Assembly: GCA_905201705.1 (NCBI GenBank)
Contig: CAJKOX010000007.1
Coordinates: forward strand, 62,866 to 126,865
Length of the DNA: 64,000 bases
From: an uncultured Marvinbryantia sp.
Lineage (GTDB): Bacteria > Bacillota > Clostridia > Lachnospirales > Lachnospiraceae
Direction of reading: 5' to 3'
A model generated the notes under the pieces. The model did no database searches, was not told the origin of the DNA, and was given only the letters and a program-made list of their open reading frames with translations. The translations under genes were made by a program, and so were the position numbers. Shown here in pieces: positions 40,556 through 50,969 of the stretch. Numbering within the stretch: the stretch's first letter is position 1; each line of letters opens with the position of its first letter.

Positions 40556-41266
40556 ATGAAAAGAAAAAGATTTGTTCTGTTGTCTGCTGCGCTGTGCATG
40601 ATGGCGCCATCCGGTATTTGCTTCGCGGAGGAGGACGGCGCATTTTCCGGAGAATCTGTCGGAATCATATCGGATTACGCCGCAGTGAGGGAAACATCTT
40701 ATCTTCAGCAGCTTGACGTTTCCATTCCGATTTTTGACGGACCGGGTTATGATAACAATTATGTGAGAAACATTGAGCGCTCCACACTTTACACGATCGT
40801 GGAAGAGGAAATGGATGGAGAGGGAAATCTCTGGGGCAGGCTGAAATCCGGCGCGGGCTGGGTAGATCTGGAGAGAGCGCGCGCTGCAGAGAACGATCCG
40901 GGACCGGTCGCTATTTATTTCGCGGGGGATACGCTTCCGGAAAATGAAGAGTTTCTGGAGTATAGCGAAGGTGATTCCTGGTATCCTGAAAGAATTGCGT
41001 TCCAGGCAAATGAGCCGCTGACAGATATAAGCTTTCTTTTCCTTGTGCCTGGGGAAGATTATGAGGACGGGGAAGCGCTGTGCGTGATCAATGCGCTGGA
41101 AGAAGGAGAAATCTTTGTCGCGGAAGTGTCATTCCCCGGAGATATGACTGCTTATGGGCTTACCTGCACGGCAGAGGACGGAACGGAACACAGATATACG
41201 GTTTCTATCAGCGGAAGAAACGGTTCGCTGGTGATTATAGAAGAGGCTGCTGCATCTAGCTTTTAG
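40556..41266 (+). CDS. Secreted acidic protein with SH3b-like segment
   Basis: Signal peptide; GPGYD...YTIVEE...WGRLKSGAGWV resembles cell-wall-binding domains of clostridial amidases. Confidence 0.6.
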   Translation: MKRKRFVLLSAALCMMAPSGICFAEEDGAFSGESVGIISDYAAVRETSYLQQLDVSIPIFDGPGYDNNYVRNIERSTLYTIVEEEMDGEGNLWGRLKSGAGWVDLERARAAENDPGPVAIYFAGDTLPENEEFLEYSEGDSWYPERIAFQANEPLTDISFLFLVPGEDYEDGEALCVINALEEGEIFVAEVSFPGDMTAYGLTCTAEDGTEHRYTVSISGRNGSLVIIEEAAASSF

Positions 41267-41287
41267 ATGCGGCAGCCTTCGCTTTTT
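41243..41287. terminator. Bidirectional terminator between convergent genes
   Basis: AGGCTGCTGCATCTA...TAGATGCGGCAGCCT inverted repeat. Confidence 0.7.
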
Positions 41288-43049
41288 AATCCTCTTTTTT
41301 CGGCATTTCAATGCGGATATGCACGTCTTCAAGCTGCTTCGGCTCTACGGCTGCCGGAGCGCCCATCATGATATCCTGCGCGTTTTTGTTCATCGGGAAC
41401 GGAATGATCTCGCGGATACTTTCCTCACCGGCGATCAGCATGACCATACGGTCCACGCCCGGTGCAATACCTGCATGAGGCGGAGCGCCGTAGCAGAATG
41501 CGTTGTACATCGCCGGGAATTTCGCTTTTACGGCGTCCTCGCCAAGTCCGACGAGATTGAACGCTTTTACCATGATCTCCGGATCGTGGTTGCGGACAGC
41601 GCCGGAGGAGAGCTCCACGCCGTTGCACACGAGGTCGTACTGGTAAGCAAGAATTTCCAGCGGGTCCTGCTCTTCAAGCGCTTTCATACCGCCCTGCGGC
41701 ATAGAGAACGGGTTGTGGCAGAATTCCAGTTCGCCGGATTCCTCGCCGATCTCATACATCGGGAAGTCAACGATCCAGCAGAATTCGTAGCAGTCTGTTT
41801 TCATATGGGAAGGGCACGCTGCGCCCAGCATTTTGCGGAGCACGCCGGCGGTTTTCTGCGCCGCGCCCTTTTTGCCGGCGGAAAGACCGATAAAGTCGCC
41901 CGGCTTTAAGCCGAGAGCTTCGACCACCTCTGCTTTGCGTTCCTGCAGGAATTTGGAGATGCCGCCGACAAAGTCGCCGTTAGCATCCACACGGAACCAG
42001 TAAGCTTTATTCCCGCTCTGCACCTCAACGTCCGCGCACAGCTTGTCGATTACCTTTCTTGTTCCTTCAAAGCCGGAAACGACGACAGCTTTTACTGTCT
42101 GTCCTTCGAACGGTCCGAAGCCGCAGTCCGCCATGCATGCGGTCGCATCCTGCACCAGCAGATCAATCCGCAGGTCGGGCTTGTCCGTGCCGTACTGCTC
42201 CATCGCATCGAGATAGGAGATGCGTCTGAACGGAGCAGCGGAGGCGGTGTGATAAACGCCGTATTTTGCGAAGATCGGCGGAAGCACATCCTCCAGGACT
42301 GCAAAAACGTCCTCCTGGTCGGCGAAAGCCATCTCCATATCGAGCTGATAAAACTCGCCCGGGGAGCGGTCTGCGCGCGCATCCTCGTCGCGGAAGCACG
42401 GCGCGATCTGGAAGTAGCGGTCGAAGCCGGACGCCATCAGAAGCTGCTTGAACTGCTGCGGAGCCTGCGGCAGCGCATAGAATTTGCCCGGATGATTTCT
42501 GGACGGCACCAGATAATCGCGCGCGCCCTCGGGGGAGGAGCAGGTGAGGATCGGGGTGGTGATCTCCAGGAAATCGTGTGCGATCATGCTTGTGCGCAGA
42601 TCCGCCACGACTTTGCTTCTTAATGTAATCTTATCCTTCACTGCCGGATTGCGCAGATCCAGGTAGCGGTATTTCAGACGGGTGTTCTCATCCGCTTCTT
42701 TTGAGCGGGCGATCTGGAACGGCAGCTCGTTGTAGCGGCATTTGCCGAGCAGCTCGATCTTCTCCGGAACCACCTCGATCTCTCCGGTCGGAAGCGCTGC
42801 GTTTTTGCTGGAGCGCTCGCGCACCGTACCGCTGACGGAAATCGTGGATTCATAGTTGATCCCGTCGATCACATTCATCATTTCTTCTGTTTCGATAACG
42901 ACCTGCGTCACGCCGTAATAGTCTCTCAAAATCAAAAATCCCAGGTTTTTGCTTACTTTTCTGAGATTGTCAAACCAGCCGACAATTTTTACCTGTGCGC
43001 CCACGTCGCTGATACGAAGAGCGCCGCAGGTATGTGTTCTTCCCTGCAT
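41286..43049 (-). CDS. aspS: Aspartate--tRNA ligase (alternative start 43061)
   Basis: RTHTCG, RLKYRYLDLR, PEGARDYLVP, QIAPCFRDED, GAPPHAGIAPGVDR. Confidence 0.96.
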   Translation of the reverse strand: MQGRTHTCGALRISDVGAQVKIVGWFDNLRKVSKNLGFLILRDYYGVTQVVIETEEMMNVIDGINYESTISVSGTVRERSSKNAALPTGEIEVVPEKIELLGKCRYNELPFQIARSKEADENTRLKYRYLDLRNPAVKDKITLRSKVVADLRTSMIAHDFLEITTPILTCSSPEGARDYLVPSRNHPGKFYALPQAPQQFKQLLMASGFDRYFQIAPCFRDEDARADRSPGEFYQLDMEMAFADQEDVFAVLEDVLPPIFAKYGVYHTASAAPFRRISYLDAMEQYGTDKPDLRIDLLVQDATACMADCGFGPFEGQTVKAVVVSGFEGTRKVIDKLCADVEVQSGNKAYWFRVDANGDFVGGISKFLQERKAEVVEALGLKPGDFIGLSAGKKGAAQKTAGVLRKMLGAACPSHMKTDCYEFCWIVDFPMYEIGEESGELEFCHNPFSMPQGGMKALEEQDPLEILAYQYDLVCNGVELSSGAVRNHDPEIMVKAFNLVGLGEDAVKAKFPAMYNAFCYGAPPHAGIAPGVDRMVMLIAGEESIREIIPFPMNKNAQDIMMGAPAAVEPKQLEDVHIRIEMPKKED

Positions 43050-43187
43050 AATTTCATCCATCCTTTTCCAGCATGTATTTTCACGCTAAATTTCGCTGTT
43101 CATTATACTATCTGGCGGGAAGGAAGTCAATGTTTGACTGGTACTTATTACTAAAAATAGTCATCAAATTTTGTCTAATATTCCGTC

Positions 43188-43243
43188 TTGCCAAGTTTGT
43201 GATCATAGGGTATGATACTAATAAATTAATTAATTTAAATAAT
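43188..43243 (+). promoter_or_regulatory. SigmaA promoter of pgi operon with AT-only operator
   Basis: TTGCCA-17-TATGAT, then ATTAATTAATTTAAATAAT at 43225-43243. Confidence 0.65.
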
Positions 43244-43296
43244 TAAATAAGCATTTGCAAATGTAAAGAAAAAGTTTTAGCTTTGAGGTGTGAAGA

Positions 43297-44559
43297 ATGG
43301 AAGAATTACAGCTTTGTCTGGCAGATCCGACGGGCTGTCTGCAGGAGAGAGAGATTACTTCTATGATGGAAGAAAATGCAGATCTGCTGGAAAAGGTAAA
43401 AGAAGGGGAAGCGCAGTACAAAAACAGTCTGGGCTGGCTTCGGGTATCGGAGTGGGCAGGACAGGAATGGCTGAACCGCTACCAGGAGCTGGCGCAGGAG
43501 GTACGGCAGAAGGCGGATGTGCTGGTAGTGATCGGTATCGGCGGCTCGAATCAGGCTGCGCGGGCCGTAATCGACGCAATTGAGGAAAAGAGCAATGTAC
43601 ATATCATCTGGGCGGGAAATACCATTTCAGCCTACAGCATCAGCAAGGTGCTGAAGGAGCTGGATGGCAAAAGCGTGTACATCAATGTCATTGCCAAGAA
43701 TTTTGAAACGCTGGAGCCGGGGATCGGTTTCCGTGCCCTGCGTGTCTGGCTGCGCGGGCAGTACGGGGAATCATATGCGCAGCGCGTCATCTGTACGGGA
43801 ACACAGGGAAGTCATCTGGAAGAGCTTAGCCGGGAGCACGGTTTTACGTTCCTGCCGTTTCCGGAGGATATCGGCGGAAGATTTACGGCGCTGTCACCGA
43901 TCGGCCTGTTCCCGATGGCAGTGGCGGGTATGAATATCCAGGCGATGGCGGCTGGGGCAGCAGATATGGAAAAACGTCTGAAAACAGAGGACGCCACAGA
44001 AAATGTCGCGCTTCGCTATGCGGCGATCCGCAACCTGCTGTACCGGAAGGGCTATCGGATGGAAATGCTTTCCTTCTTTGAACCGCGTTTTTTCCGGTTT
44101 GCAAAGTGGTGGATGCAGCTGTTCGGCGAGAGTGAGGGAAAGGATAACAAGGGCCTGTATCCGCTGTTTGGAAATTTTTCTGAGGATCTGCATTCCATCG
44201 GACAATTCCTTCAGGACGGCAGCCCGATTATTTACGAGCTGTTTCTGGAGGTACGCGATACCGGCGCCGCCTATATTTTGCGGAAGGATGATGTCGACGA
44301 CCGTTTTGACTATTTAAATGGCAGAGATTTCAACGAGATCAATCAGGCGGCCTGTGAGGCGACGATCGAAGCGCATTCACAGAAATATCCGTGCCTGCGT
44401 CTCAGCGTGCCGGCGATTGATGAGAGAAGCTTTGGAATGCTGTTTTATTTTTTTGAATTTACCTGCTATCTCTCAGCGCGCATTCTGGGCGTCAATCCGT
44501 TTGATCAGCCCGGCGTTGAGGATTATAAGAAAAACATGTTCCGGACCCTTGGAAAATAA
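43297..44559 (+). CDS. pgi: Glucose-6-phosphate isomerase-family protein (divergent)
   Basis: VIGIGGS, DIGGRFTALS, QLFGESEGK, DLHSIGQ, NPFDQPGVEDYK. Confidence 0.88.
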   Translation: MEELQLCLADPTGCLQEREITSMMEENADLLEKVKEGEAQYKNSLGWLRVSEWAGQEWLNRYQELAQEVRQKADVLVVIGIGGSNQAARAVIDAIEEKSNVHIIWAGNTISAYSISKVLKELDGKSVYINVIAKNFETLEPGIGFRALRVWLRGQYGESYAQRVICTGTQGSHLEELSREHGFTFLPFPEDIGGRFTALSPIGLFPMAVAGMNIQAMAAGAADMEKRLKTEDATENVALRYAAIRNLLYRKGYRMEMLSFFEPRFFRFAKWWMQLFGESEGKDNKGLYPLFGNFSEDLHSIGQFLQDGSPIIYELFLEVRDTGAAYILRKDDVDDRFDYLNGRDFNEINQAACEATIEAHSQKYPCLRLSVPAIDERSFGMLFYFFEFTCYLSARILGVNPFDQPGVEDYKKNMFRTLGK

Positions 44560-44615
44560 TGAATGTCTATTCCACGCTGTGCGTGATAGAAAAAATATGT
44601 AGGAGGTAGAAAAGA

Positions 44616-45773
44616 ATGCCTTTAGTACCAATGAGAGCAATTTTAGATGCAACAGAAAAGTACAATTACGCCCAGGGAGCATTTAACGTAAATGCAGTCT
44701 GCCAGGCGAAAGCAGTGATCGAGGTGCACGAGATGTTCCGCAGTGCCGCGATTCTGCAGGGAGCAGATCTGGCAAATGCCTTTATGGGAGGACGTACTGA
44801 TTTCGCAAACGGAACCCTGGAGGACAAGAAGATCGGTGCACAGAACATTGCAAACGCTGTAAAAAAATATGCGGAAAACAGCCCGATCCCGGTAGCGCTT
44901 CATCTCGACCATGGCAAGACGATGGAATCCTGCGTGGCAGCGATCGAGGGCGGCTATACGTCTGTTATGATCGACGGATCTTCCCTTCCGTTTGAGGAAA
45001 ACATGGAGCTTACCCGCGAGGTTGTAAAATATGCCCATGAGCGCGGTGTCACGGTAGAAGGTGAGCTTGGCGTGCTGGCAGGCGTGGAGGATCATGTATT
45101 TGCAGCGACGTCCACCTATACAAATCCGATGGACGCGGTGAAATTCTTCAAGAATACCGGAGTGGACGCACTCGCGATCAGCTACGGAACAAAGCACGGC
45201 GCAAATAAGGGCAAGGACACGGTAATCCGCAAGGAAATTGCGATTGCGACCAAGGAATGCATGATGCATGAGGGCATCGAGGGCACGCTGGTAAGCCACG
45301 GCTCTTCCACCGTTCCGCAGTATATTGTCAGCGAGATCAATGCGCTCGGCGGCGATATCCATGACGCATACGGCATCAAAAAGGAACAGCTGAAAGAGGT
45401 ATCGAAGCTTGGCATCCGCAAGATTAACGTAGACACGGATATTCGCCTTGCCGTTACCCGCAACCTGCGCGAGCTGTTTAAATACAATCCGTCCCTGCAG
45501 AACAGCGCATCTATCGGCGAGATCTATGAGCTGCTGTGCAAGAATCCGTCGGCCTTTGACCCGCGCGTATTCTTCCCGCCGATCATGGACACGGTAATGT
45601 ACGGAAATGTACCGGATGAGGATGTCGCCCTGATCGTGGAATGCATCGAAAAGGGCGTACATGAGGTGGTTGGAACGCTGATCGTGGAATTTGACAGTGT
45701 GGGCAAGGCTCCGCTCATCGAAACGGTTTCTTTGGATGAGATGGCAGAGCGCTATCGCAAGAAAGGAATTTAG
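44616..45773 (+). CDS. fba: Class II fructose/ketose-bisphosphate aldolase
   Basis: GAFNVN, ALHLDHG, SVMIDGS, VEGELG, GTKHG, SHGSS, KINVDTD. Confidence 0.88.
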   Translation: MPLVPMRAILDATEKYNYAQGAFNVNAVCQAKAVIEVHEMFRSAAILQGADLANAFMGGRTDFANGTLEDKKIGAQNIANAVKKYAENSPIPVALHLDHGKTMESCVAAIEGGYTSVMIDGSSLPFEENMELTREVVKYAHERGVTVEGELGVLAGVEDHVFAATSTYTNPMDAVKFFKNTGVDALAISYGTKHGANKGKDTVIRKEIAIATKECMMHEGIEGTLVSHGSSTVPQYIVSEINALGGDIHDAYGIKKEQLKEVSKLGIRKINVDTDIRLAVTRNLRELFKYNPSLQNSASIGEIYELLCKNPSAFDPRVFFPPIMDTVMYGNVPDEDVALIVECIEKGVHEVVGTLIVEFDSVGKAPLIETVSLDEMAERYRKKGI

Positions 45774-45775
45774 GC

Positions 45776-46939
45776 ATGGGAAAAAACATACTTGTGGCAC
45801 ATGGCGGCGGTCCGACAGCCGTAATAAATTGTTCTCTGCAGGGCGTGGTGGAAGCAGCGCGCGCTTCGGGCGAGGTAGATAAAATTTATGCGGCGCGCTT
45901 CGGCGCGGAGGGGATCCTGAAGGGCGATCTGATCGACCTTACAGAGGTTCCGGCGGAGGTGATCGCGCGCCTTAAGGATACGCCGGCGTCAGCCATCGGC
46001 TCCTGCCGCAGAAAGCTGACGGAGGACGACTATCCGACCGTGATGGAGACCCTGAAAAAATTTGATATTGACTGCTTTTTTTATAACGGCGGAAATGACT
46101 CCATGGATACCTGCAATAAGGTAAACGAGCTTGCGCTGAAGGAGGGGCTTAATATCCGCGTGATCGGGATCCCGAAAACCATGGATAACGATCTGGATAT
46201 CACGGATCATTGCCCGGGCTTTGGAAGTGCAGCGAGATATGCCGCGCAGAGTGCCTGCGAGCTGGCGCTGGACGCTTCCGGGCTTCCGATTCATGTAGTA
46301 GTGCTGGAGCTTATGGGACGCAATGCCGGATGGGTGACGGCGGCAAGTGCACTGGCAGCAAGACTTACCGACTGCGAGGTACTGACCTATCTGCCGGAGG
46401 TGCCGGTGGATGAGGAGAAGATGCTGGAGGATATCAGGAACGCTTATGCAAAGGGCAAAGGGCTTCTGGTGACAGTGAGCGAGGGCATCTGCGGGCTGAA
46501 CGGAAAGCCGCTGGCGGACACCGGTATCGTGGACGGGTTCGGACATACCGTGCCGGGAGGAACCGCGCAGCATATTTCTGATATGATCATGCAAAAGCTG
46601 GGACTGAAATCCCGTGCGGAGAAGCCGGGACTTCTGGGACGCGCGAGCATTCCCTATGTATCTGAGACAGACCGAGAGGAAGCTTATGCAGTTGGAAAAT
46701 ATGCGCTGGAATCCGCATTAAAGGGCGAGAGCGGCTATATGGTGGCAATTAAAGCAGAGCGCACGCCGGAATACAAAACAGAGCTGTTCCTCGCTCCGCT
46801 TGACAAAGTGGCAAATGTGGAAAAGAAATTCCCGCTGGAGTGGATCGTGGATGGAAACAAGATTTCGGATGACTTCTTTGACTATGCAATGCCGCTGATG
46901 GGCGGCGGGTTTGACCAGTACGCATTACTGAGAAAGTGA
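45776..46939 (+). CDS. pfp: PPi-dependent phosphofructokinase
   Basis: GGGPTAVIN, GGNDS (Asp) and PKTMDND (Lys) PPi-type signature, ELMGRNAGW. Confidence 0.85.
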   Translation: MGKNILVAHGGGPTAVINCSLQGVVEAARASGEVDKIYAARFGAEGILKGDLIDLTEVPAEVIARLKDTPASAIGSCRRKLTEDDYPTVMETLKKFDIDCFFYNGGNDSMDTCNKVNELALKEGLNIRVIGIPKTMDNDLDITDHCPGFGSAARYAAQSACELALDASGLPIHVVVLELMGRNAGWVTAASALAARLTDCEVLTYLPEVPVDEEKMLEDIRNAYAKGKGLLVTVSEGICGLNGKPLADTGIVDGFGHTVPGGTAQHISDMIMQKLGLKSRAEKPGLLGRASIPYVSETDREEAYAVGKYALESALKGESGYMVAIKAERTPEYKTELFLAPLDKVANVEKKFPLEWIVDGNKISDDFFDYAMPLMGGGFDQYALLRK

Positions 46940-46947
46940 GAAAAATC

Positions 46948-47784
46948 ATGAAGCATATTTATTTAAATCTGAAACGCTTTGACGTCCCGACAGAGTTTGG
47001 CGGAGTGAACCGCCTGGCTCCGGTGGCCAGGTGGGGACAGACGATCGTGGAGAGCACCCAGGAGGCGCTGAAAAAATACGCGCCGGAGGAAGTGGAATTT
47101 GTGCAGTATCTGCCGGAGGCACATCTTTTGTCTGCTGTGGGAGCGCTGAGCGAAAACAGCCCCGTGCAGCTTGGCAGCCAGGGGGTATACCGCGCAGACA
47201 CTGCGGTGGGCGGAAATTTTGGCGCTTTTACCACGAACCGTCCGGCGTCCATTGTAAAGGCGATGGGCTGCACGTCTGCCCTGATCGGACATTGTGAGGA
47301 GCGCAATGACAAAAAGAGCATCCTTGCAGAAGCGGGCGTGACCGATGCAGGCGCTGTGAACCGCCTGCTGAACCAGGAAATCCGCTGTGCGCAGGAGGCA
47401 GGTCTATCCGTATTGTACTGCATTGGCGAGACAGGCGAAGAGCAGCCGCAATGGGAAGAGGTGCTCGGGAAACAGCTTTCCGAAGGTCTGGATGGGGTTG
47501 ATAAGAACCGGGTCGTTATTGCATACGAGCCGGTATGGAGCATCGGACCGGGCAAAACTCCGGCGGATAAGCCATATATCCAGAAAATCGCCCGTTTTGT
47601 GAAGGAATGCACGGGCGGCATGGACGTGGTTTACGGAGGCGGGCTGAAGGCGGACAATGCCGCTATGCTGGCGTCTGTTCCGGAAATTGACGGCGGTCTG
47701 ATCGCATTAACGCGCTTTACAGGAGAGATTGGATTCTATCCGGAGGAATATCTGGAGATTATCCGTCTTTACCTGGGAAGATAA
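46948..47784 (+). CDS. tpiA: Triose-phosphate isomerase-family protein (divergent)
   Basis: NLK, GAFT, IGHCEER, YCIGE, AYEPVWSIGPGK, YGGG; unusual insertions. Confidence 0.75.
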   Translation: MKHIYLNLKRFDVPTEFGGVNRLAPVARWGQTIVESTQEALKKYAPEEVEFVQYLPEAHLLSAVGALSENSPVQLGSQGVYRADTAVGGNFGAFTTNRPASIVKAMGCTSALIGHCEERNDKKSILAEAGVTDAGAVNRLLNQEIRCAQEAGLSVLYCIGETGEEQPQWEEVLGKQLSEGLDGVDKNRVVIAYEPVWSIGPGKTPADKPYIQKIARFVKECTGGMDVVYGGGLKADNAAMLASVPEIDGGLIALTRFTGEIGFYPEEYLEIIRLYLGR

Positions 47785-47809
47785 AAATGGATAGGGAAAG
47801 GAGAAACCC

Positions 47810-49297
47810 ATGAAACATTTTGATTTTGAGTATGGCGCAGGTACCATGGGAGCAGAGCTGCCGGATAATACCGACGTCTTTATTCCGGGTGTGACGGTGG
47901 AAGACCCCGCGTATATTCCGGAGGAAGAGCTGGAGGCTGCCTATATGGAGAGCCTGCACAATCCGATCGGTATGAAGCCGGTGACAGAGCTTGCGCACAA
48001 GGGCAGTAAGGTCGTGTTCGTAGTGCCGGACCGCGTAAAGGGCGGTGAGCAGGCGACCAGCCACCGCAAGCTGTCCATTAAGTATCTGCTGAGAGAGCTG
48101 TACAGCGTCGGCGTGGAGAAGAAAGATATCCTCTTTATCATCTCGAATGGTCTGCATCCGCGCAGCACCGCCGGGGATGCGAAGGCGCTGTTCGGAGAGG
48201 AAATCTATAATGACTTCTGGTACAGCGGACAGATCATCAGCCATGACTCCGAGGACATGGAGCATATGGTTGACCTGGGCCTGACCGACCGCGGGGATCC
48301 GGTGTGGATGAACAAATTCGTGTATGAATGCGACCTGCCGATCCTGATCGGACATGTGCAGGGAAATCCGTACGGAGGCTATTCGGGCGGCTACAAGCAC
48401 AGCGCGACCGGTATTACAAACTGGAAGAGTATTGCGAGCCACCACGTTCCGTCCGTTATGCACCGCGCAGATTTTACCCCGGTAAACGGCGGAAGTCTGA
48501 TGCGTGATAAGTTTAATGAAATCAGTATGAAGATGGAAGAGTGTATGGGACATCCGTTCTTCTGCTGCGATGCCGTACTGGATTCCAGGAGCCGTCAGAT
48601 CGCTATTTTTTCCGGCTACGCAAAAGAGATGATGCCGATGAGCTGGAAGGTGGCGGATAAGCGCACCTACGTCCACTGGGCGGAAAAGAAATATGATGTG
48701 CTGGTATTTGGAATGCCGCAGAAATTTCATTACGGCGACGGGATGGGCACCAACCCGATCATGATGATGCAGGCGCTGTCTGCACAGGTACTGCGCTTCA
48801 AGCGTGTGATGAGCGATCACTGCGTGATCATTTGCTCCAGTCTCTGCAACGGCTTCTTCAATGACGATAAGTGGCCGTATCTGCGGGAATGCTACGAGTG
48901 GTTCCAGAGAGATCAGATGAACGAGCTGCCGGATATGGACCGTCTGGGCGAATATTTTGCGACGAATGAGGAATATGTGCGCAAATACCGTTTCGCGAAT
49001 GCGTTCCATCCGTTCCACGGCTTTTCCATGATGAGCTGCGGCCATATCGCCGAGATAAACACCAGCGCGATTTATATCGTCGGCGCGGAGAATCCGGGCT
49101 ACGCAAGAGGCATGGGACTGAAAACGAGAGCGACCTTTGAGGAAGCGCTGGCAGATGCGAAAAAGAAATTTGTCGGTGAGGAACCGAATATTCTTGCACT
49201 CCCGCTTACCTTTAAGACGGCAGCCGTTCACTTGTGCATGAAGAATCCGCAGGAGGACTGCATGGATGAATATGGAAATCATCCGTGCTGCGGGTAA
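47810..49297 (+). CDS. larA: LarA-superfamily nickel-pincer racemase/epimerase
   Basis: NPIG..P, VVPD, SNGLH, SHDSED, GYSGGYK motifs of the lactate racemase domain. Confidence 0.75.
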   Translation: MKHFDFEYGAGTMGAELPDNTDVFIPGVTVEDPAYIPEEELEAAYMESLHNPIGMKPVTELAHKGSKVVFVVPDRVKGGEQATSHRKLSIKYLLRELYSVGVEKKDILFIISNGLHPRSTAGDAKALFGEEIYNDFWYSGQIISHDSEDMEHMVDLGLTDRGDPVWMNKFVYECDLPILIGHVQGNPYGGYSGGYKHSATGITNWKSIASHHVPSVMHRADFTPVNGGSLMRDKFNEISMKMEECMGHPFFCCDAVLDSRSRQIAIFSGYAKEMMPMSWKVADKRTYVHWAEKKYDVLVFGMPQKFHYGDGMGTNPIMMMQALSAQVLRFKRVMSDHCVIICSSLCNGFFNDDKWPYLRECYEWFQRDQMNELPDMDRLGEYFATNEEYVRKYRFANAFHPFHGFSMMSCGHIAEINTSAIYIVGAENPGYARGMGLKTRATFEEALADAKKKFVGEEPNILALPLTFKTAAVHLCMKNPQEDCMDEYGNHPCCG

Positions 49298-49350
49298 CTA
49301 CAAATGATGAAAATACAAAGCAAAAAGCTTTGAAAAAAAGGAGGAAAATC

Positions 49351-50901
49351 ATGAAGAAAAAAGTTTTGGCAATGGCATTGGCACTTAGTCTCACCGCAGG
49401 CATGTTTGCAGGCACGACGACGGTGAGCGCGGCAGGCGACGGCGTGCTGGATATCGGCTACGGCACCGCAATTGATTCTCTGACACCGTTTCGTGCCAGG
49501 ACCGGGCGGGAGTCGCCGTATCTGAAGAACATGTATGAATTCCTCGGCGTATACAACTCTGATCTGGAGATGGAGCCCTGGGCGGCGAAGAGCTGGAGCA
49601 CAGAGGATAATATGACATATGAAATAGAAATATGGGACAATATGACGGATTCTGCAGGAAACCATATTACGGCGTCAGATATTGTATGGTTTATGGAGGA
49701 ATCAAAAGAACGGGCATTGAATCCGACCTGGACAAAGGTGGAGAGCGTGGAGCAGACAGGGGATTATACTCTGAAGGTCACGCTGAATGCTGATCAGATC
49801 GGTGCTTTTGAAGATGTTTTATACGATACTTATGTAGTTTCACAGGCGGCGTTTGAGGCGAGTGCAGATGAATTTGCGACGTCAATTATCTCTACTTCCG
49901 CATATGAGGTGACAGAATTTACGGCTTCCTCTACACTTTCCTTCGATAAGAGAGATGACTACTGGCAGGATATAGAGCAGCTTCCGGAGTGTGTGCGCCC
50001 AATGGTAGATAAGGTGACTTACCGCACAATTACAGAGGCTTCCCAGATGGGAATCGCACTGGAGACAGGTGAAATTGATATCTGTCTGCGCATGGATAAT
50101 TCCACAGGCGTGCAGTTTATCGATAACCCGGATTACACGGTAGAGCTGAGCGACGGCAACCAGGGATGGGAGCTGTTCTTCTCCGGCGCTGAGAGCAGAC
50201 CGGTAGGTGAAAATCAGCTTCTTCGTCAGGCAATCTGCTATGCGATCGACACAGAGGGTATGGTAGCCGGTCTCTGCCAGGGCGCAGAATACGGCGACAA
50301 GATGGCGGATGTCTGCACACCGCGTCACATCGGCTACAATGAAGCATGGGAGTCAGAAGAGTATTACAATTATGATCCGGAAAAGGCTAAGGAACTGGTA
50401 GCAGAATCCGGATATAACGGAGAGGAACTTTCGATTCTTACGTCATCCAGTACGTTCAATTCACGTATGGCACAGATGATCCAGGCTTACTGTGCAGCAG
50501 TAGGTATTAACGTGACACTTGATATCCGTGAGATGGCACAGGTTACAGCGATCCGTCTGGACGGTACCCAGTATGATATGTTTATTAATACTATCGGCGG
50601 AACATACTGCTCCGACCACTGGTCTATCCGTTACGATCCGAATGCGTATGCAACAGGCGATGCTACCAGCCGTCATGATGAGACGCTGGCGGAGATGCTG
50701 TATAGCACCTGGACGCGCGAAGGCTACACACAGGAAAACATTGATGCTGTTCATAATTACATTAAGGATACAGCGATTGCTTACGGTATGATCAATCCCA
50801 AATTCTTCAGTGTATGGAGAAATGATGCCGGCCTGGAGAATGAGGTTCTGGAATTTGCCGGATATATCATGCCGACAGCTTCCACATGGACAGGTATTTA
50901 A
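49351..50901 (+). CDS. ABC transporter substrate-binding protein, family 5 (Opp/Dpp type)
   Basis: Signal peptide, DSAGNHITASDIVW, ALETGEID, LRQAICYAID; precedes oppBCDF-like genes. Confidence 0.88.
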   Translation: MKKKVLAMALALSLTAGMFAGTTTVSAAGDGVLDIGYGTAIDSLTPFRARTGRESPYLKNMYEFLGVYNSDLEMEPWAAKSWSTEDNMTYEIEIWDNMTDSAGNHITASDIVWFMEESKERALNPTWTKVESVEQTGDYTLKVTLNADQIGAFEDVLYDTYVVSQAAFEASADEFATSIISTSAYEVTEFTASSTLSFDKRDDYWQDIEQLPECVRPMVDKVTYRTITEASQMGIALETGEIDICLRMDNSTGVQFIDNPDYTVELSDGNQGWELFFSGAESRPVGENQLLRQAICYAIDTEGMVAGLCQGAEYGDKMADVCTPRHIGYNEAWESEEYYNYDPEKAKELVAESGYNGEELSILTSSSTFNSRMAQMIQAYCAAVGINVTLDIREMAQVTAIRLDGTQYDMFINTIGGTYCSDHWSIRYDPNAYATGDATSRHDETLAEMLYSTWTREGYTQENIDAVHNYIKDTAIAYGMINPKFFSVWRNDAGLENEVLEFAGYIMPTASTWTGI

Positions 50902-50969
50902 GATCGGGTAAATTGGCGTGCGGGAGGCAGGACGTCTCCCGCACAAGCTGTATAATGGAGGATGTGTGA

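Noticed and set aside
43062..43130. T-box riboswitch upstream of aspS
   Set aside because: The minus-strand promoter TTGACT-17-TATAAT (43130-43102) leaves a leader of only about 35-50 nt, too short for a T-box.
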